A stretch of DNA of 64,000 bases from an uncultured Oscillospiraceae bacterium (GCA_964533825.1 CAZHMU010000009.1:1168-65167), one strand, 5' to 3'; shown: positions 19,213 to 28,133, counted from the first letter of the stretch. Notes: generated by a model from the sequence alone, not told the origin. Numbers and translations are program-made.

Positions 19213-20982
19213 ATGGCTGATTACAAAGCATTTATACAGCAGGTGAAACAGGCTAACGATATTGTCGACGTTATCGGCTCATATATCGAACTGCGACAAC
19301 GTGGCGCAAACTTTTTGGCGCGATGTCCTTTCCACGGTGAAAAGACCCCCAGTTTCAACGTCAACCGTAATATGCAAATTTTCAAGTGCTTTGGTTGTGG
19401 CGAAAGTGGCGACGTTATCACCTTTGTGGAAAAGTTCGAGTCCTGTTCCACGTGGGAAGCGGTGGAGATTTTGGCAAAGCGTGCCAATATACCCATGCCG
19501 GAAACGCGTGAGCAACGCGAAGACAGACAGTTTGGCGAGCGCAAAAAGCAACGCGAACTGCACTTGGAAATTTGTCGAGAAACGGCCGTATTCTACTTCA
19601 AGGCCTACCGCTCGGACAAAGGCAAGCACGCTCGTGACTACTTTGAAAGTCGCGGATTTACCCCTGATACAGCCAAAAAGTTTGGCATTGGCTACTCGCC
19701 AGACAGCTTTTCCTTGCCAAAGCACCTGCTTTCTTTGGGTTTTAGCGAAGATGAGTGTATCAAAGCAGGCGTAATCCAACGCACGTCCAAAGGTAACGTC
19801 ATCGATGCGCTTTCTCGCAGGTTGATTGTACCCATCTTCAATATGCAAGGCAAGGTTATCGCCTTTGGTGGACGAGCTCTTGACGAGCAAAATCTCAACT
19901 ACGGCAAGTACAAAAACACAGGCGACACACCTTTGTTTACCAAAAAGAACAACCTGTTTGCGCTTAACATTGCCAAGGAGCAAAAGCAACTGTCCGCTTT
20001 GAAACACCTTGTCGTTGTGGAAGGCTACATGGACGTAATTGCTATGTATCAAGCCGGCTTTACAACAACCGTTGCCAGTATGGGCACAAGCTTGACAGTG
20101 GAGCAAGCACGTTGGTTGTCAAGGCTTGCGGACACTGTGTATATCTGCTACGATGGCGACGCTGCCGGTCAAAAGGCAACTGTACGTGGTCTGGACATCT
20201 TGGACCAAGCCGGACTGGAAGTCAAAGTTATGTCAGTGCCAAACAACCAAGACCCGGACGAGTACATCAAGGCGTACGGCCGTGATGCTTTCGAAAAACT
20301 CATCGAGCAAGCAATGCCATTGCCTGACTACAAAATTCAAATTTTGGACAAGACCTTTGATATTGCCAGCTCCGACCCAGTAGTGCGCAACAACGCATTA
20401 CCCAAGTACGTCAAGGGCGCAATTTCAATGCTCAAACAACTGGACGAAACTCGTCAACGCCAGTATATATCGGTACTTTCCGCAAAAACTGGCTACTCGC
20501 AAGACTACTTTTTGCGCAAGATTGCCGAAAAAGGCAACACGCAAAAGGACGAGCCAGCCCCAACGGACTCGGCAACAAGCCCCGAAACGAAGGCAAAGTT
20601 CTTTGTGGCAAGTTGTTTGTTGCACGGCCAAGACTACGCAGTCTTGGAGGAAAAACCACGTTGCGACACGCTGTTTTTGTCCAACTTGTACAACTACCTG
20701 TTCGATTGCAAACTCAAAGGGGAAAGCCCCACAGTGGATATGCTCTACACGGTTTGTCCCAACGGCACCCCAGATGAGTACGCTCAAATCATCAACGTTG
20801 ATTTCTCCCCCAAACGCTACGCTAAAAACGCTCAATACTTTGCCGAGTGCAAGCACGTAATAGTGGTGGAAGAACTACAACGACAAAAAAATCAAATTTT
20901 GGCACAAATGAAAAAGGACCCAACAAATACGGAACTTTTGCACAAACTGGCGGAAATTTCCGCAAAAATTACTTCAAAGTAA
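19213..20982 (+). CDS. dnaG: DNA primase
   Basis: RBS AGGAGGAAAT before the ATG. Zinc-ribbon [11 protein letters not shown]...[27 protein letters not shown]...[11 protein letters not shown]. Confidence 0.95.
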   Translation: MADYKAFIQQVKQANDIVDVIGSYIELRQRGANFLARCPFHGEKTPSFNVNRNMQIFKCFGCGESGDVITFVEKFESCSTWEAVEILAKRANIPMPETREQREDRQFGERKKQRELHLEICRETAVFYFKAYRSDKGKHARDYFESRGFTPDTAKKFGIGYSPDSFSLPKHLLSLGFSEDECIKAGVIQRTSKGNVIDALSRRLIVPIFNMQGKVIAFGGRALDEQNLNYGKYKNTGDTPLFTKKNNLFALNIAKEQKQLSALKHLVVVEGYMDVIAMYQAGFTTTVASMGTSLTVEQARWLSRLADTVYICYDGDAAGQKATVRGLDILDQAGLEVKVMSVPNNQDPDEYIKAYGRDAFEKLIEQAMPLPDYKIQILDKTFDIASSDPVVRNNALPKYVKGAISMLKQLDETRQRQYISVLSAKTGYSQDYFLRKIAEKGNTQKDEPAPTDSATSPETKAKFFVASCLLHGQDYAVLEEKPRCDTLFLSNLYNYLFDCKLKGESPTVDMLYTVCPNGTPDEYAQIINVDFSPKRYAKNAQYFAECKHVIVVEELQRQKNQILAQMKKDPTNTELLHKLAEISAKITSK

Positions 20983-20996
20983 AAAGGAAGGGAAAA

Positions 20997-22046
20997 ATGG
21001 AACTCACACAAGATTTTTTGAAAGGTATTCTTGAAGAAATCAAAGGCACAGGCGCAACAAAAATCACTTTTGACGAGCTGGAAACCAAGTTGGAAAAACT
21101 TGATCTCACAGCTGACCAAAACGCCGAAATCTACAAGTTTTTGGAAACAAACGGAATTGCAGTTACCGACACTTTGGACAAGGACAACTCCGCTTTGTAC
21201 AAGTCCATTGGCGACGTATCTGTGGATGACCCTGTAAAAATGTATCTTCGCGACATCGGTAAAGTGCCCCTTTTGACCAGCGAAGAAGAAATCGAAATTG
21301 CCAAACTCATCTTGGAAGGTGACGAAGAGGCAAAACGCAAGCTTTGCGAAACAAACCTTCGTTTGGTTGTAAGCATTGCAAAGCGCTACATCGGCCGTGG
21401 CATGCTGTTTTTGGACTTGATCCAAGAAGGTAACGTAGGCTTGATGAAAGCGGTAGAAAAGTTCGACTACACCAAGGGTTTCAAATTCTCTACATACGCA
21501 ACTTGGTGGATTCGTCAAGCAATCACACGTGCCATTGCCGACCAAGCGCGCACAATTCGTATTCCTGTACATATGGTGGAAACAATCAACCGCCAAGTTC
21601 GCGCACAACGTGCACTGTTGCAAGAGCTGGGACGTGAACCCACTCCAGAAGAAATTGCCGAGTATATGGGTATCACCCCCGAAAAGGTAATTGAAATTCA
21701 AAAGATTGCCCAAGACCCAGTTTCACTGGAAACCCCCATTGGCGAAGAGGAGGACTCTCACCTTGTGGACTTTATTGAAGATACAAAAACCATCGCTCCT
21801 GGCGATATGGCAGCGCAATCTATGCTCCACGAACAACTTGTTGCAACCTTGCACAAGCTTACCCCTCGTGAAGAAAAGGTCATTCGCTTGCGTTATGGTC
21901 TTGATGACGGCAAACAACGCACTTTGGAAGAAGTAGGCAAAGTGTTCAACGTTACTCGTGAACGTATCCGCCAAATCGAAGCAAAAGCGCTCCGCAAGCT
22001 CCGCAACCCAACTCGTAGCAAAAAGTTGCGTGACTACCTTGACTAA
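20997..22046 (+). CDS. sigA: Primary RNA polymerase sigma factor
   Basis: RBS AAAGGAAGGGAAAA before the ATG. Regions 2-4 present ([34 protein letters not shown]). dnaG-sigA synteny. Confidence 0.95.
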   Translation: MELTQDFLKGILEEIKGTGATKITFDELETKLEKLDLTADQNAEIYKFLETNGIAVTDTLDKDNSALYKSIGDVSVDDPVKMYLRDIGKVPLLTSEEEIEIAKLILEGDEEAKRKLCETNLRLVVSIAKRYIGRGMLFLDLIQEGNVGLMKAVEKFDYTKGFKFSTYATWWIRQAITRAIADQARTIRIPVHMVETINRQVRAQRALLQELGREPTPEEIAEYMGITPEKVIEIQKIAQDPVSLETPIGEEEDSHLVDFIEDTKTIAPGDMAAQSMLHEQLVATLHKLTPREEKVIRLRYGLDDGKQRTLEEVGKVFNVTRERIRQIEAKALRKLRNPTRSKKLRDYLD

Positions 22047-22047
22047 G

Positions 22048-22692
22048 ATGACACTCCGATTGGACACAATAGTGCAAGCAATACCAAACGTTATAACCCT
22101 TTGTGACGTTGGTTGTGACCACGGCTACATTGGTCTTGGTGCGTACAGCCTTGGTAAAGCGCAAAAGGTCATCTTTGTGGACGTATCGGCACCCAGCCTT
22201 GCCAAAGCAATGCAAAACTGTACAAATGCACAAATGAGCAACTGTCAGTTCGTGCATCAAGACGGTTTGCAAAATATACTTTGCGACTGCGCAGTGATTG
22301 CTGGCATGGGTGGCTTGGAAACAATCTCCATCTTGCAAAATGCAAAGGCATTGCCACAGCATTTGGTGCTTCAACCAATGCGAAACCAAGTAGACGTTCG
22401 CAAATATCTGCTTGCCAACAACTACAAAATTACCCTTGATGTCAAGTTTTGTGACATCAAGTACTACGACCTAATTTGTGCCGAACAAAGTTGCGACAAG
22501 ATGTCCTTGGACGACTTGCAACTGTACTTTGGCATGACAAATCTTGTAAACCCAACGCAAGACTTTGTTCAATTTCTTTTGGATGAAAAACAAAAGTACA
22601 CTCAAATACTAACTCAATGCAGGGATCAAGACGTTGCAGACAAATTGTCACGCGTGTGTCTTGCCCTTGAACATATAGGAGGCCAACAATGA
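22048..22692 (+). CDS. trmK: tRNA (adenine22-N1)-methyltransferase TrmK-like
   Basis: Motif LCDVGCDHGYIG, AGMGG, and position after sigA as in Bacillus yqfN. Confidence 0.7.
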   Translation: MTLRLDTIVQAIPNVITLCDVGCDHGYIGLGAYSLGKAQKVIFVDVSAPSLAKAMQNCTNAQMSNCQFVHQDGLQNILCDCAVIAGMGGLETISILQNAKALPQHLVLQPMRNQVDVRKYLLANNYKITLDVKFCDIKYYDLICAEQSCDKMSLDDLQLYFGMTNLVNPTQDFVQFLLDEKQKYTQILTQCRDQDVADKLSRVCLALEHIGGQQ

Positions 22693-23399
22693 TTCAACAA
22701 CAAATGTTAGAGTATCAAAAAATCGACGGCGAACTCAACCGTATCGAACGTGATTTGCGCAAGAGCGAAGCGTACCAAAATCTCAAAAAGTACAAGGCAC
22801 TTCGCGCCGAGTACGAAGATACTTTGAACAAGCTTGATGCAAAAGCCAGCGACCTCAAAAATCGCCTTGCTCAAGCTAAGCAATCCATTGCAAAAATCAA
22901 CGCTGTAATTGACGAACACACCAACGAAATGACTCACGTGGAAAGCAGTGACGAACTCAAGTACATGAGCAAAAAGTTGGACGAACAACTCAAATTGCTT
23001 GCTCAAGTAGAGGCAGACATCCGCGAAATTCTCCGCGAAGGTGAGGAAATTGCCAAAAAGTTTGAGGAAATCAACGCAAAACTTCCAGCTATCGCCAAGG
23101 CTTACAAAACTGCAAGCGAAGAGTTCGAAAACCAAAAGGAACAAATCAAGCCACGCGTAAAGGAACTCCGCGACAAGCTTGACGCTTTGAAACCACAACT
23201 GGACAAAAATTTGTTTGCAACTTACGAGCGTATTTCCGCAGGCAAGGTGTTCCCAGTGTTTGTACCACTTCACGACGGAAATCGCTGTGGTGGTTGCCGT
23301 ATGGATATGCCGCTTGGCGTGGTTGAAACGGAAATGCAAAAGCACGGCGGCATCATGCGTTGCGAACACTGCGGTCGCATTATCTACAAGGCTGACTAA
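22689..23399 (+). CDS. Coiled-coil zinc-ribbon protein (COG1579 / DUF164-like)
   Basis: Long coiled coil followed by CGGC...CEHCGRI zinc ribbon. Confidence 0.7.
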   Translation: MIQQQMLEYQKIDGELNRIERDLRKSEAYQNLKKYKALRAEYEDTLNKLDAKASDLKNRLAQAKQSIAKINAVIDEHTNEMTHVESSDELKYMSKKLDEQLKLLAQVEADIREILREGEEIAKKFEEINAKLPAIAKAYKTASEEFENQKEQIKPRVKELRDKLDALKPQLDKNLFATYERISAGKVFPVFVPLHDGNRCGGCRMDMPLGVVETEMQKHGGIMRCEHCGRIIYKAD

Positions 23400-23440
23400 T
23401 TTTGTGCAATAAGATTTTAACAAAACACAAATAACAAGAA

Positions 23441-23471
23441 ATACTAACGATCGCCTCGTTAGTATTTTTTA
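23441..23471 (+). terminator. Rho-independent terminator; left edge of AT-rich islet 1
   Basis: Stem ATACTAACG/CGTTAGTAT followed by T6. Confidence 0.8.
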
Positions 23472-23493
23472 TTAGAAAAAAATCAAAAAAATC

Positions 23494-23543
23494 TTGCCAA
23501 TTTGGCAATTTTTATTGACAGATTTATTTTGATGTGTTATTAT
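23494..23543 (+). promoter_or_regulatory. Perfect 7-1-7 palindrome (operator candidate) plus consensus promoter for the XRE gene
   Basis: TTGCCAA-T-TTGGCAA at 23494-23508. TTGACA (23515-23520), 17-nt spacer, TATTAT (23538-23543). Confidence 0.6.
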
Positions 23544-23575
23544 AGTATTGCCGAACAGGCCAAGGGGAAAAGCAG

Positions 23576-23884
23576 ATGAAAACATTAGGAGAAAGAATAA
23601 CCATATTATTAAACGAAAAACACATATTGCAAAAAGATCTTGCCATTATGATTGGTGTGACTGAATCTGCATTGTCAAGATATATTAACAACGAACGAGA
23701 ACCCAAAATAGAAGTTTTGGCAAATCTTGCAACTGCGTTGGAAACAACCGTTGACTACTTGACTACTGGTAAAAAACCAGAAACAGATTTTGATGAAATC
23801 TATCGTTTGGTTGCAAGAAGCTCCTACAGCTTGACAGAATCACAAAAAATGCAAATTATTGAGGCGGTAATGCGTAACAAATGA
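23576..23884 (+). CDS. XRE-family helix-turn-helix transcriptional regulator
   Basis: RBS AAGGGGAAAAGCAG before the ATG. HTH_3 pattern LGERITILLNEKHILQKDLAIMIGVTESALSRYINNEREP. Confidence 0.9.
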   Translation: MKTLGERITILLNEKHILQKDLAIMIGVTESALSRYINNEREPKIEVLANLATALETTVDYLTTGKKPETDFDEIYRLVARSSYSLTESQKMQIIEAVMRNK

Positions 23885-24447
23885 TAGATACAGCTCGTGT
23901 AAACCCATCAAAAATACCATCGTGGATGTATGATGAAATCGAAAGAAAAGTGGTTGACTTATACAAAGAACAAGGAATAACGGAAGTACCAATAAACCCT
24001 TTCGAAATTATCAAAAAAAGAGGATACATATTGGTTCCATTTTCAAAGCTTCAAAATACTTTTTTATCTGGAAAGGATGGCGATAAACACGATGCCTTAT
24101 CCTTTTTCGTTCCAGAGCTTCAAAGATATGTAATAGCTTATAACGATGAAAAGCCATTACCACGTCTTCGTTTTACACTTATGCATGAAATTGCTCACAT
24201 TGATTTGGGTCACAGGGGGGAAAGTGACTTGGCAAGACGTATGGCAGACTATTACGCAGGGTATGCTTTGGCGCCATCCCCATTGATAGGCCTTTTTACA
24301 AGCGGAAGCAAAACGGAAATTCAAACTAAATTTGAGGTATCCAATGAGTGTGCTGAAGTTTCTCAAAATAGGTACTACAAATGGTCCGTCTATGGCGGTA
24401 ATAATTACAAGGATTATGAACTTGTTTTACTAAATTTATTTAATTAA
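23881..24447 (+). CDS. ImmA/IrrE-family zinc metallopeptidase
   Basis: ATGA overlap with the XRE gene. HEXXH motif in TLMHEIAHIDLGH. Classic XRE+ImmA pairing. Confidence 0.85.
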   Translation: MIDTARVNPSKIPSWMYDEIERKVVDLYKEQGITEVPINPFEIIKKRGYILVPFSKLQNTFLSGKDGDKHDALSFFVPELQRYVIAYNDEKPLPRLRFTLMHEIAHIDLGHRGESDLARRMADYYAGYALAPSPLIGLFTSGSKTEIQTKFEVSNECAEVSQNRYYKWSVYGGNNYKDYELVLLNLFN

Positions 24448-24518
24448 ATAACAAAATTCTTTAACAAAAAAGAAAAGCACCTAACAGTTGCTACCAACAA
24501 CTGTTAAGTGCCTATCAG

Positions 24519-24537
24519 GAAATGTGTTACACATTTC
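24519..24537. promoter_or_regulatory. Inverted repeat upstream of the DUF4417 gene
   Basis: GAAATGTG-TTA-CACATTTC. It follows a second hairpin GCACCTAACAGTTG...CAACTGTTAAGTGC at about 24477-24511. Confidence 0.35.
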
Positions 24538-24633
24538 ACAGGACACAAATAGTATAACACTTCCTGTCTTTTTTGTCAAATCTATTTTTGACGCCAACCA
24601 AAGGTTGAGATTACATTTTACAGGAGGTGTTAT

Positions 24634-25302
24634 ATGGACACTCTTTTTACCATACCCAAAATGGCACAAAAAGACGTTTTTAACTCGTTTTTAGTTACAA
24701 ACGCGACGTATGACGGTGAAGACGAAATTCCCGTTATCAAAACAAGTAACCTTATTCCCGAAAAGGTTATTTCCTTTTCAAAAGCCAAAAGTAAACAAGA
24801 CTACAATGCTTGGGTTCATTTTTACCAGTGTGATAGTGAAATTGAGCGCTTTTGGAGAAATCCACAGAAGTATTTGCCAATGCTAAAAAGGCACAAAGGA
24901 GTTATTTCTCCAGATTATAGTTTGTACTATGATATGCCTTTATGTATGCAAAAGTACAATACATATCGTGGTAAAGCACTTGCGCATTGGCTAATAGAAA
25001 ATGGTGTAGAAGTAATACCCAACGTTCGGTGGGGAGATGAGCGTACCTTTGATACTGCCTGTCTTGGTGTTGAACCTAACAAGACCATTGCCGTAGGTAC
25101 CCATGGTTGTATCAAGACAGTCGAAGGAAAAAGGATGTTTATTGCTGGCTTTGACTATGTAGTAAACAAACTTACTCCCCAAAGGATAGTAGTTTACGGA
25201 CGTATGCCGGACAAAATCTTTTGCTTGGCAAGGATGTATGGCGTAGAACTAATTCCATTTGAAAGCGAATTTGGCTTAACCCACAAAAAGGGGGTGAGCT
25301 GA
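24634..25302 (+). CDS. DUF4417-domain protein
   Basis: RBS CAGGAGGTGTTAT before the ATG. 222 aa. Pattern WVHFYQCDSEIERFW...ISPDYSLYYDMP...NTYRGKALAHWL..GVEVIPNVRWGDERTF is remembered as DUF4417. Confidence 0.65.
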   Translation: MDTLFTIPKMAQKDVFNSFLVTNATYDGEDEIPVIKTSNLIPEKVISFSKAKSKQDYNAWVHFYQCDSEIERFWRNPQKYLPMLKRHKGVISPDYSLYYDMPLCMQKYNTYRGKALAHWLIENGVEVIPNVRWGDERTFDTACLGVEPNKTIAVGTHGCIKTVEGKRMFIAGFDYVVNKLTPQRIVVYGRMPDKIFCLARMYGVELIPFESEFGLTHKKGVS

Positions 25303-25332
25303 TATGGGAGCTGGATATCATGGCGGATTTGG
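25230..25332 (+). repeat. Direct repeat copy A (DUF4417 3' end + stop + first 10 codons of the next ORF)
   Basis: Aligns with 26304-26405 with about 7 differences by eye, including one 1-nt indel in an A5G5/A5G4 tract. Confidence 0.9.
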
Positions 25333-25735
25333 TAATACTGCTGGAGAAAATAAACATAAAAATAATGTTGACACTATTAAAAAGAGTAAAGGTAAATATT
25401 TAGCAAATTTTGGAACTATAGATAGCAATGCAAAAGCAATGAGTTCTATATATCCCATGAAAAATGGATATTTTGGGGTAAAGGGAAAAAACCATAGAGT
25501 TATATATAGTAAAGATCAATATAAAACGGCTTCTGATTTTTATTTGAGAATTTCTCGTGGTGGCAGCGAAAAATCTTTGCCTAATAATAAGGGTAAAATT
25601 AGTTATTTGGAAGATGGCACTAAAATTGTTTACAGACCTAAAACCTCTACTCCAGATAGTCCAGCTGTTGAAATAACTATATATTATCCCAATAGTGTTC
25701 GCGGTCAAAAAATACATTTCTTAAAGGAGGATTAG
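25304..25735 (+). CDS. Variable cassette 1, small basic protein (putative effector/toxin), shared MGAGYHGGFG N-terminus
   Basis: The ATG lies 1 nt after the DUF4417 stop. 143 aa, Lys-rich. The C-terminal region (..IVYRPKTSTPDSPAVEITIYYPNSVRGQKIHF) matches no family I can name. Confidence 0.45.
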   Translation: MGAGYHGGFGNTAGENKHKNNVDTIKKSKGKYLANFGTIDSNAKAMSSIYPMKNGYFGVKGKNHRVIYSKDQYKTASDFYLRISRGGSEKSLPNNKGKISYLEDGTKIVYRPKTSTPDSPAVEITIYYPNSVRGQKIHFLKED

Positions 25736-25737
25736 AG

Positions 25738-26304
25738 GTGATAGAAGCTAAATTTTCAAATGAAATGCTACAGTATTTGGGAAAATTAAATAACTCGTGG
25801 TTTATTAAATACATCACTGATGATGAAACAAGTGGCAATTCAACATATTGCAAGTTAGGGATTGATTCCGATAATGTTTGTTTGGATATATTTAATGAAG
25901 AAACAAATGTTGATTGGTTTGTATCTGGAAATAAGATTCAACAAGAAGACATCTCAGTTTTTTCTTGTGCAATCAGGAATGATGGCGAAAAATTTCAACC
26001 ATATTTGGGCGAATCCCAAATTATTGCTATTGATGTTAATGAAAAAATAGGTAAAGTAGAAATTGTTTCCGATTTGATTGATGTAAATAATGGCGAATAT
26101 ACAATTGACTACGATATGGCAATAATTATAGAAACCGAAAAGCACAAATATATATTCTCTCGCGGATGGTATTTTGATGAAGAAATATATATCAATGTTG
26201 ATAAGAGCATAGATGAAATATATCCAATTCGAGAAGTTCAGGAATCGTGGAGTAATGATGGAGAATTTGTCGTCAAAGTAAGCAGAGTAGTAAAGACAAT
26301 CTAA
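25738..26304 (+). CDS. Variable cassette 1 partner, acidic protein (putative immunity/antidote)
   Basis: GTG start 2 nt after the upstream stop, with AAGGAGG upstream. 188 aa, Asp/Glu-rich, no recognised family. Confidence 0.4.
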   Translation: MIEAKFSNEMLQYLGKLNNSWFIKYITDDETSGNSTYCKLGIDSDNVCLDIFNEETNVDWFVSGNKIQQEDISVFSCAIRNDGEKFQPYLGESQIIAIDVNEKIGKVEIVSDLIDVNNGEYTIDYDMAIIIETEKHKYIFSRGWYFDEEIYINVDKSIDEIYPIREVQESWSNDGEFVVKVSRVVKTI

Positions 26305-26405
26305 AGGATGTATGGCATAGAACTAATTCCGTTTGAAAGCGAATTTGGCTTGACCCACAAAAAGGGGTGAGTTGATATGGGGGCTGGATATCATGGTGGA
26401 TTTGG
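26304..26405 (+). repeat. Direct repeat copy B (orphan DUF4417 3' fragment + start of the cassette 2 ORF)
   Basis: It would encode ..RMYGIELIPFESEFGLTHKKG* against ..RMYGVELIPFESEFGLTHKKGVS* in the intact gene. The substitutions are mostly synonymous. Confidence 0.9.
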
Positions 26406-26799
26406 CAAGACATATGGGGAAAAAAGCAGGCTGAATAATATCAAAAAACCCATTACAAGAGTTGGCGATGTTAGGTATAGCTCAAGAAAGACTGAAGGGT
26501 ACTTGTTGAACATAAATCATCCATATGGTAGTTCTAAGGCAAAATTTATGAGAGATGTTTTGGGCTATTCTGTAGATGATTCAAAACTATTTCACAAAAA
26601 TGTTGTAAAATCGATAATTAACGAGGAACCATACAAGACTATTGAAACGATGTATGGACTAAAACACACATACCATACAGTATTAATTGGTAAAAATGGT
26701 GATAAAGTTACTGCAAATGTGGTAGTGGTAGTGCAGAAAGATAAAAAAAGGGTTACATATAAGATTGTAACTGTATATCCTAACAAAAAGGGGGATTAG
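26377..26799 (+). CDS. Variable cassette 2, DUF6883-like protein with the shared MGAGYHGGFG N-terminus
   Basis: 140 aa. Pattern TEGYLLNINHPYGSSKAKFMRDVLGY...YG.KH...L.G.NG.......VVVQKD....YKIVTVYP is remembered as DUF6883. Confidence 0.5.
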   Translation: MGAGYHGGFGKTYGEKSRLNNIKKPITRVGDVRYSSRKTEGYLLNINHPYGSSKAKFMRDVLGYSVDDSKLFHKNVVKSIINEEPYKTIETMYGLKHTYHTVLIGKNGDKVTANVVVVVQKDKKRVTYKIVTVYPNKKGD

Positions 26800-26801
26800 G
26801 T

Positions 26802-26993
26802 ATGAAAGAATTAGACGTAGTAATGTTAACAGAAAACTTTGAGAATATTCTTGCAGGAACAAAAGGCACTGTCGTTTGCGAATACGATAGAACCGCTTTT
26901 GAAGTTGAGTTCTTCGATAATGATGGGGATACTATTGATGTTGTTACAATTCCAGCTAATTTACTGGTTTTAGTTGAAGAATATAAAATGTAA
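26802..26993 (+). CDS. Variable cassette 2 partner, DUF4926-like small protein
   Basis: RBS AAAGGGGGATTAGGT before the ATG. 63 aa. Pattern D.V.L......L..G..GTVV.......FEVEF.D..G.T..V..IP...L matches my memory of DUF4926. Confidence 0.5.
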   Translation: MKELDVVMLTENFENILAGTKGTVVCEYDRTAFEVEFFDNDGDTIDVVTIPANLLVLVEEYKM

Positions 26994-27064
26994 TTGACGG
27001 TAAATTGTCAAAGTGAGTATAACATTCTTTGTAATTTTCATTAAATAAATTAATGCACAACAAC

Positions 27065-27094
27065 AAAAGGACGAGAAAATTTTCTCGTCCTTTT
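27065..27094. terminator. Bidirectional terminator; right edge of islet 1 and terminator of upp
   Basis: Perfect 30-nt palindrome AAAAGGACGAGAAAA/TTTTCTCGTCCTTTT. Confidence 0.85.
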
Positions 27095-27149
27095 GTCTTT
27101 AGCATCAATTCAGTTATTTGCAAATCGGTCAATATTTTTGATACAAACC

Positions 27150-27779
27150 CTATTTTGTACCAAACAATCTGTCGCCAGCATCGCCAAGACCGGGCAAAAT
27201 GTAGCTTGCTTCGTTGAGCTGTCTGTCTTGTGTTGCGCAGTAGATTTGTACGTCAGGGTGAGCTTCGTGCAAAGCTTTGATTCCCTCTGGTGCAGCAATG
27301 ATGTGCATGCATTTGATGTTCTTTACGCCTTTTGCCTTCAAAAGGTCAACTGCAGCAATGGCGCTACCGCCAGTTGCAAGCATTGGGTCAAGTACGATGC
27401 AAATCTTTTCTTCAATGTGAAGTGGCAACTTGCAGTAGTACTCTTGTGGTTGGCAAGTTTCTTCGTCACGGTACATACCAATGTGACCAACCTTTGCAGT
27501 GGGGAACAATGTGTGTACGCCGTTTACCATACCAAGACCAGCGCGCAAAATGGGGATGATTGCAACGGAGTTGTCGATGATAACTTGTTGTGGTGTTACT
27601 TCCAATGGTGTTTCCACCATGATTTCTTCAGTCGGGATATCTTTGAAAGCTTCGTATGTCAACAGTGTAGCAATTTCTTCAACAAGTTCTCTAAATTGCT
27701 TTGTGTTTGTGTTTTTGTCGCGAAGCAATGCAACTTTGTGTGACATGAGTGGATGGTTGATGATTGTAACGTTTTCCAT
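27150..27779 (-). CDS. upp: Uracil phosphoribosyltransferase
   Basis: RBS AAAGGAGAG before the internal ATG ([11 protein letters not shown]). PRPP motif [11 protein letters not shown]. 209 aa. The track start at 27920 was rejected. Confidence 0.95.
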   Translation of the reverse strand: MENVTIINHPLMSHKVALLRDKNTNTKQFRELVEEIATLLTYEAFKDIPTEEIMVETPLEVTPQQVIIDNSVAIIPILRAGLGMVNGVHTLFPTAKVGHIGMYRDEETCQPQEYYCKLPLHIEEKICIVLDPMLATGGSAIAAVDLLKAKGVKNIKCMHIIAAPEGIKALHEAHPDVQIYCATQDRQLNEASYILPGLGDAGDRLFGTK

Positions 27780-27989
27780 AGTTATCTCTCCTTTATGTAT
27801 GATATATTTTTTGTTGATTTGTATTGTTTGTGTAGCGCAAGTATTGCGATTGAGATGTTGATGTTTATCCAAGCCCAGTACATTGATTTCAACAAAAACT
27901 GTGGTAAATGTCATTTCCAATGCCCTTGTGATGGTGCAATCACACGAACAGCATTTTTACTTTCCACCAAGCTGTGCAACACCGCAAAC

Positions 27990-28028
27990 TAAAAAAATAA
28001 CGCTCGATTGAACAAACAATCAAAGCGT
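27990..28028 (-). terminator. Intrinsic terminator/attenuator inside the upp leader
   Basis: On the minus strand, an imperfect stem ACGCTTTGATTG...CAATCGAGCGT is followed by TTATTTTTTT. It starts right after the stop of the small ORF. Confidence 0.5.
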
Positions 28029-28109
28029 CTAAAAAATAGGGGCAAAAAGGGAACAAGATGCCATTGCACTGATGTTTTGGAATTGACTTGTGCAAACGAT
28101 TCTCTTCAT
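28029..28109 (-). CDS. Candidate 26-aa leader peptide upstream of upp (MKRIVCTSQFQNISAMASCSLFAPIF)
   Basis: AAAAGGAG lies 7 nt before the ATG. The ORF sits between a promoter (28134-28162) and the terminator. It is absent from the ORF track because it is under 60 aa. Confidence 0.3.
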   Translation of the reverse strand: MKRIVCTSQFQNISAMASCSLFAPIF

Positions 28110-28133
28110 GGCTGTGCTCCTTTTCTCTGCAAT

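Noticed and set aside
25280-25310. Possible programmed frameshift or phase-variable A5G5 tract fusing DUF4417 to the downstream MGAGYHGGFG ORF.
   Set aside because: The downstream ORF is in the +1 frame. A shift within the A5G5 tract meets TGA immediately in +1, or an unrelated short frame in -1. Fusion would need a shift exactly at AGC-TGA-T with no slippery re-pairing. Separate, translationally coupled ORFs are the simpler reading.
27780-27990. A PyrR-binding anti-antiterminator in the upp leader.
   Set aside because: I found no UCCAGAGAGG-type loop by eye on the minus strand. Only a generic leader ORF plus terminator was retained, as a low-confidence hypothesis.
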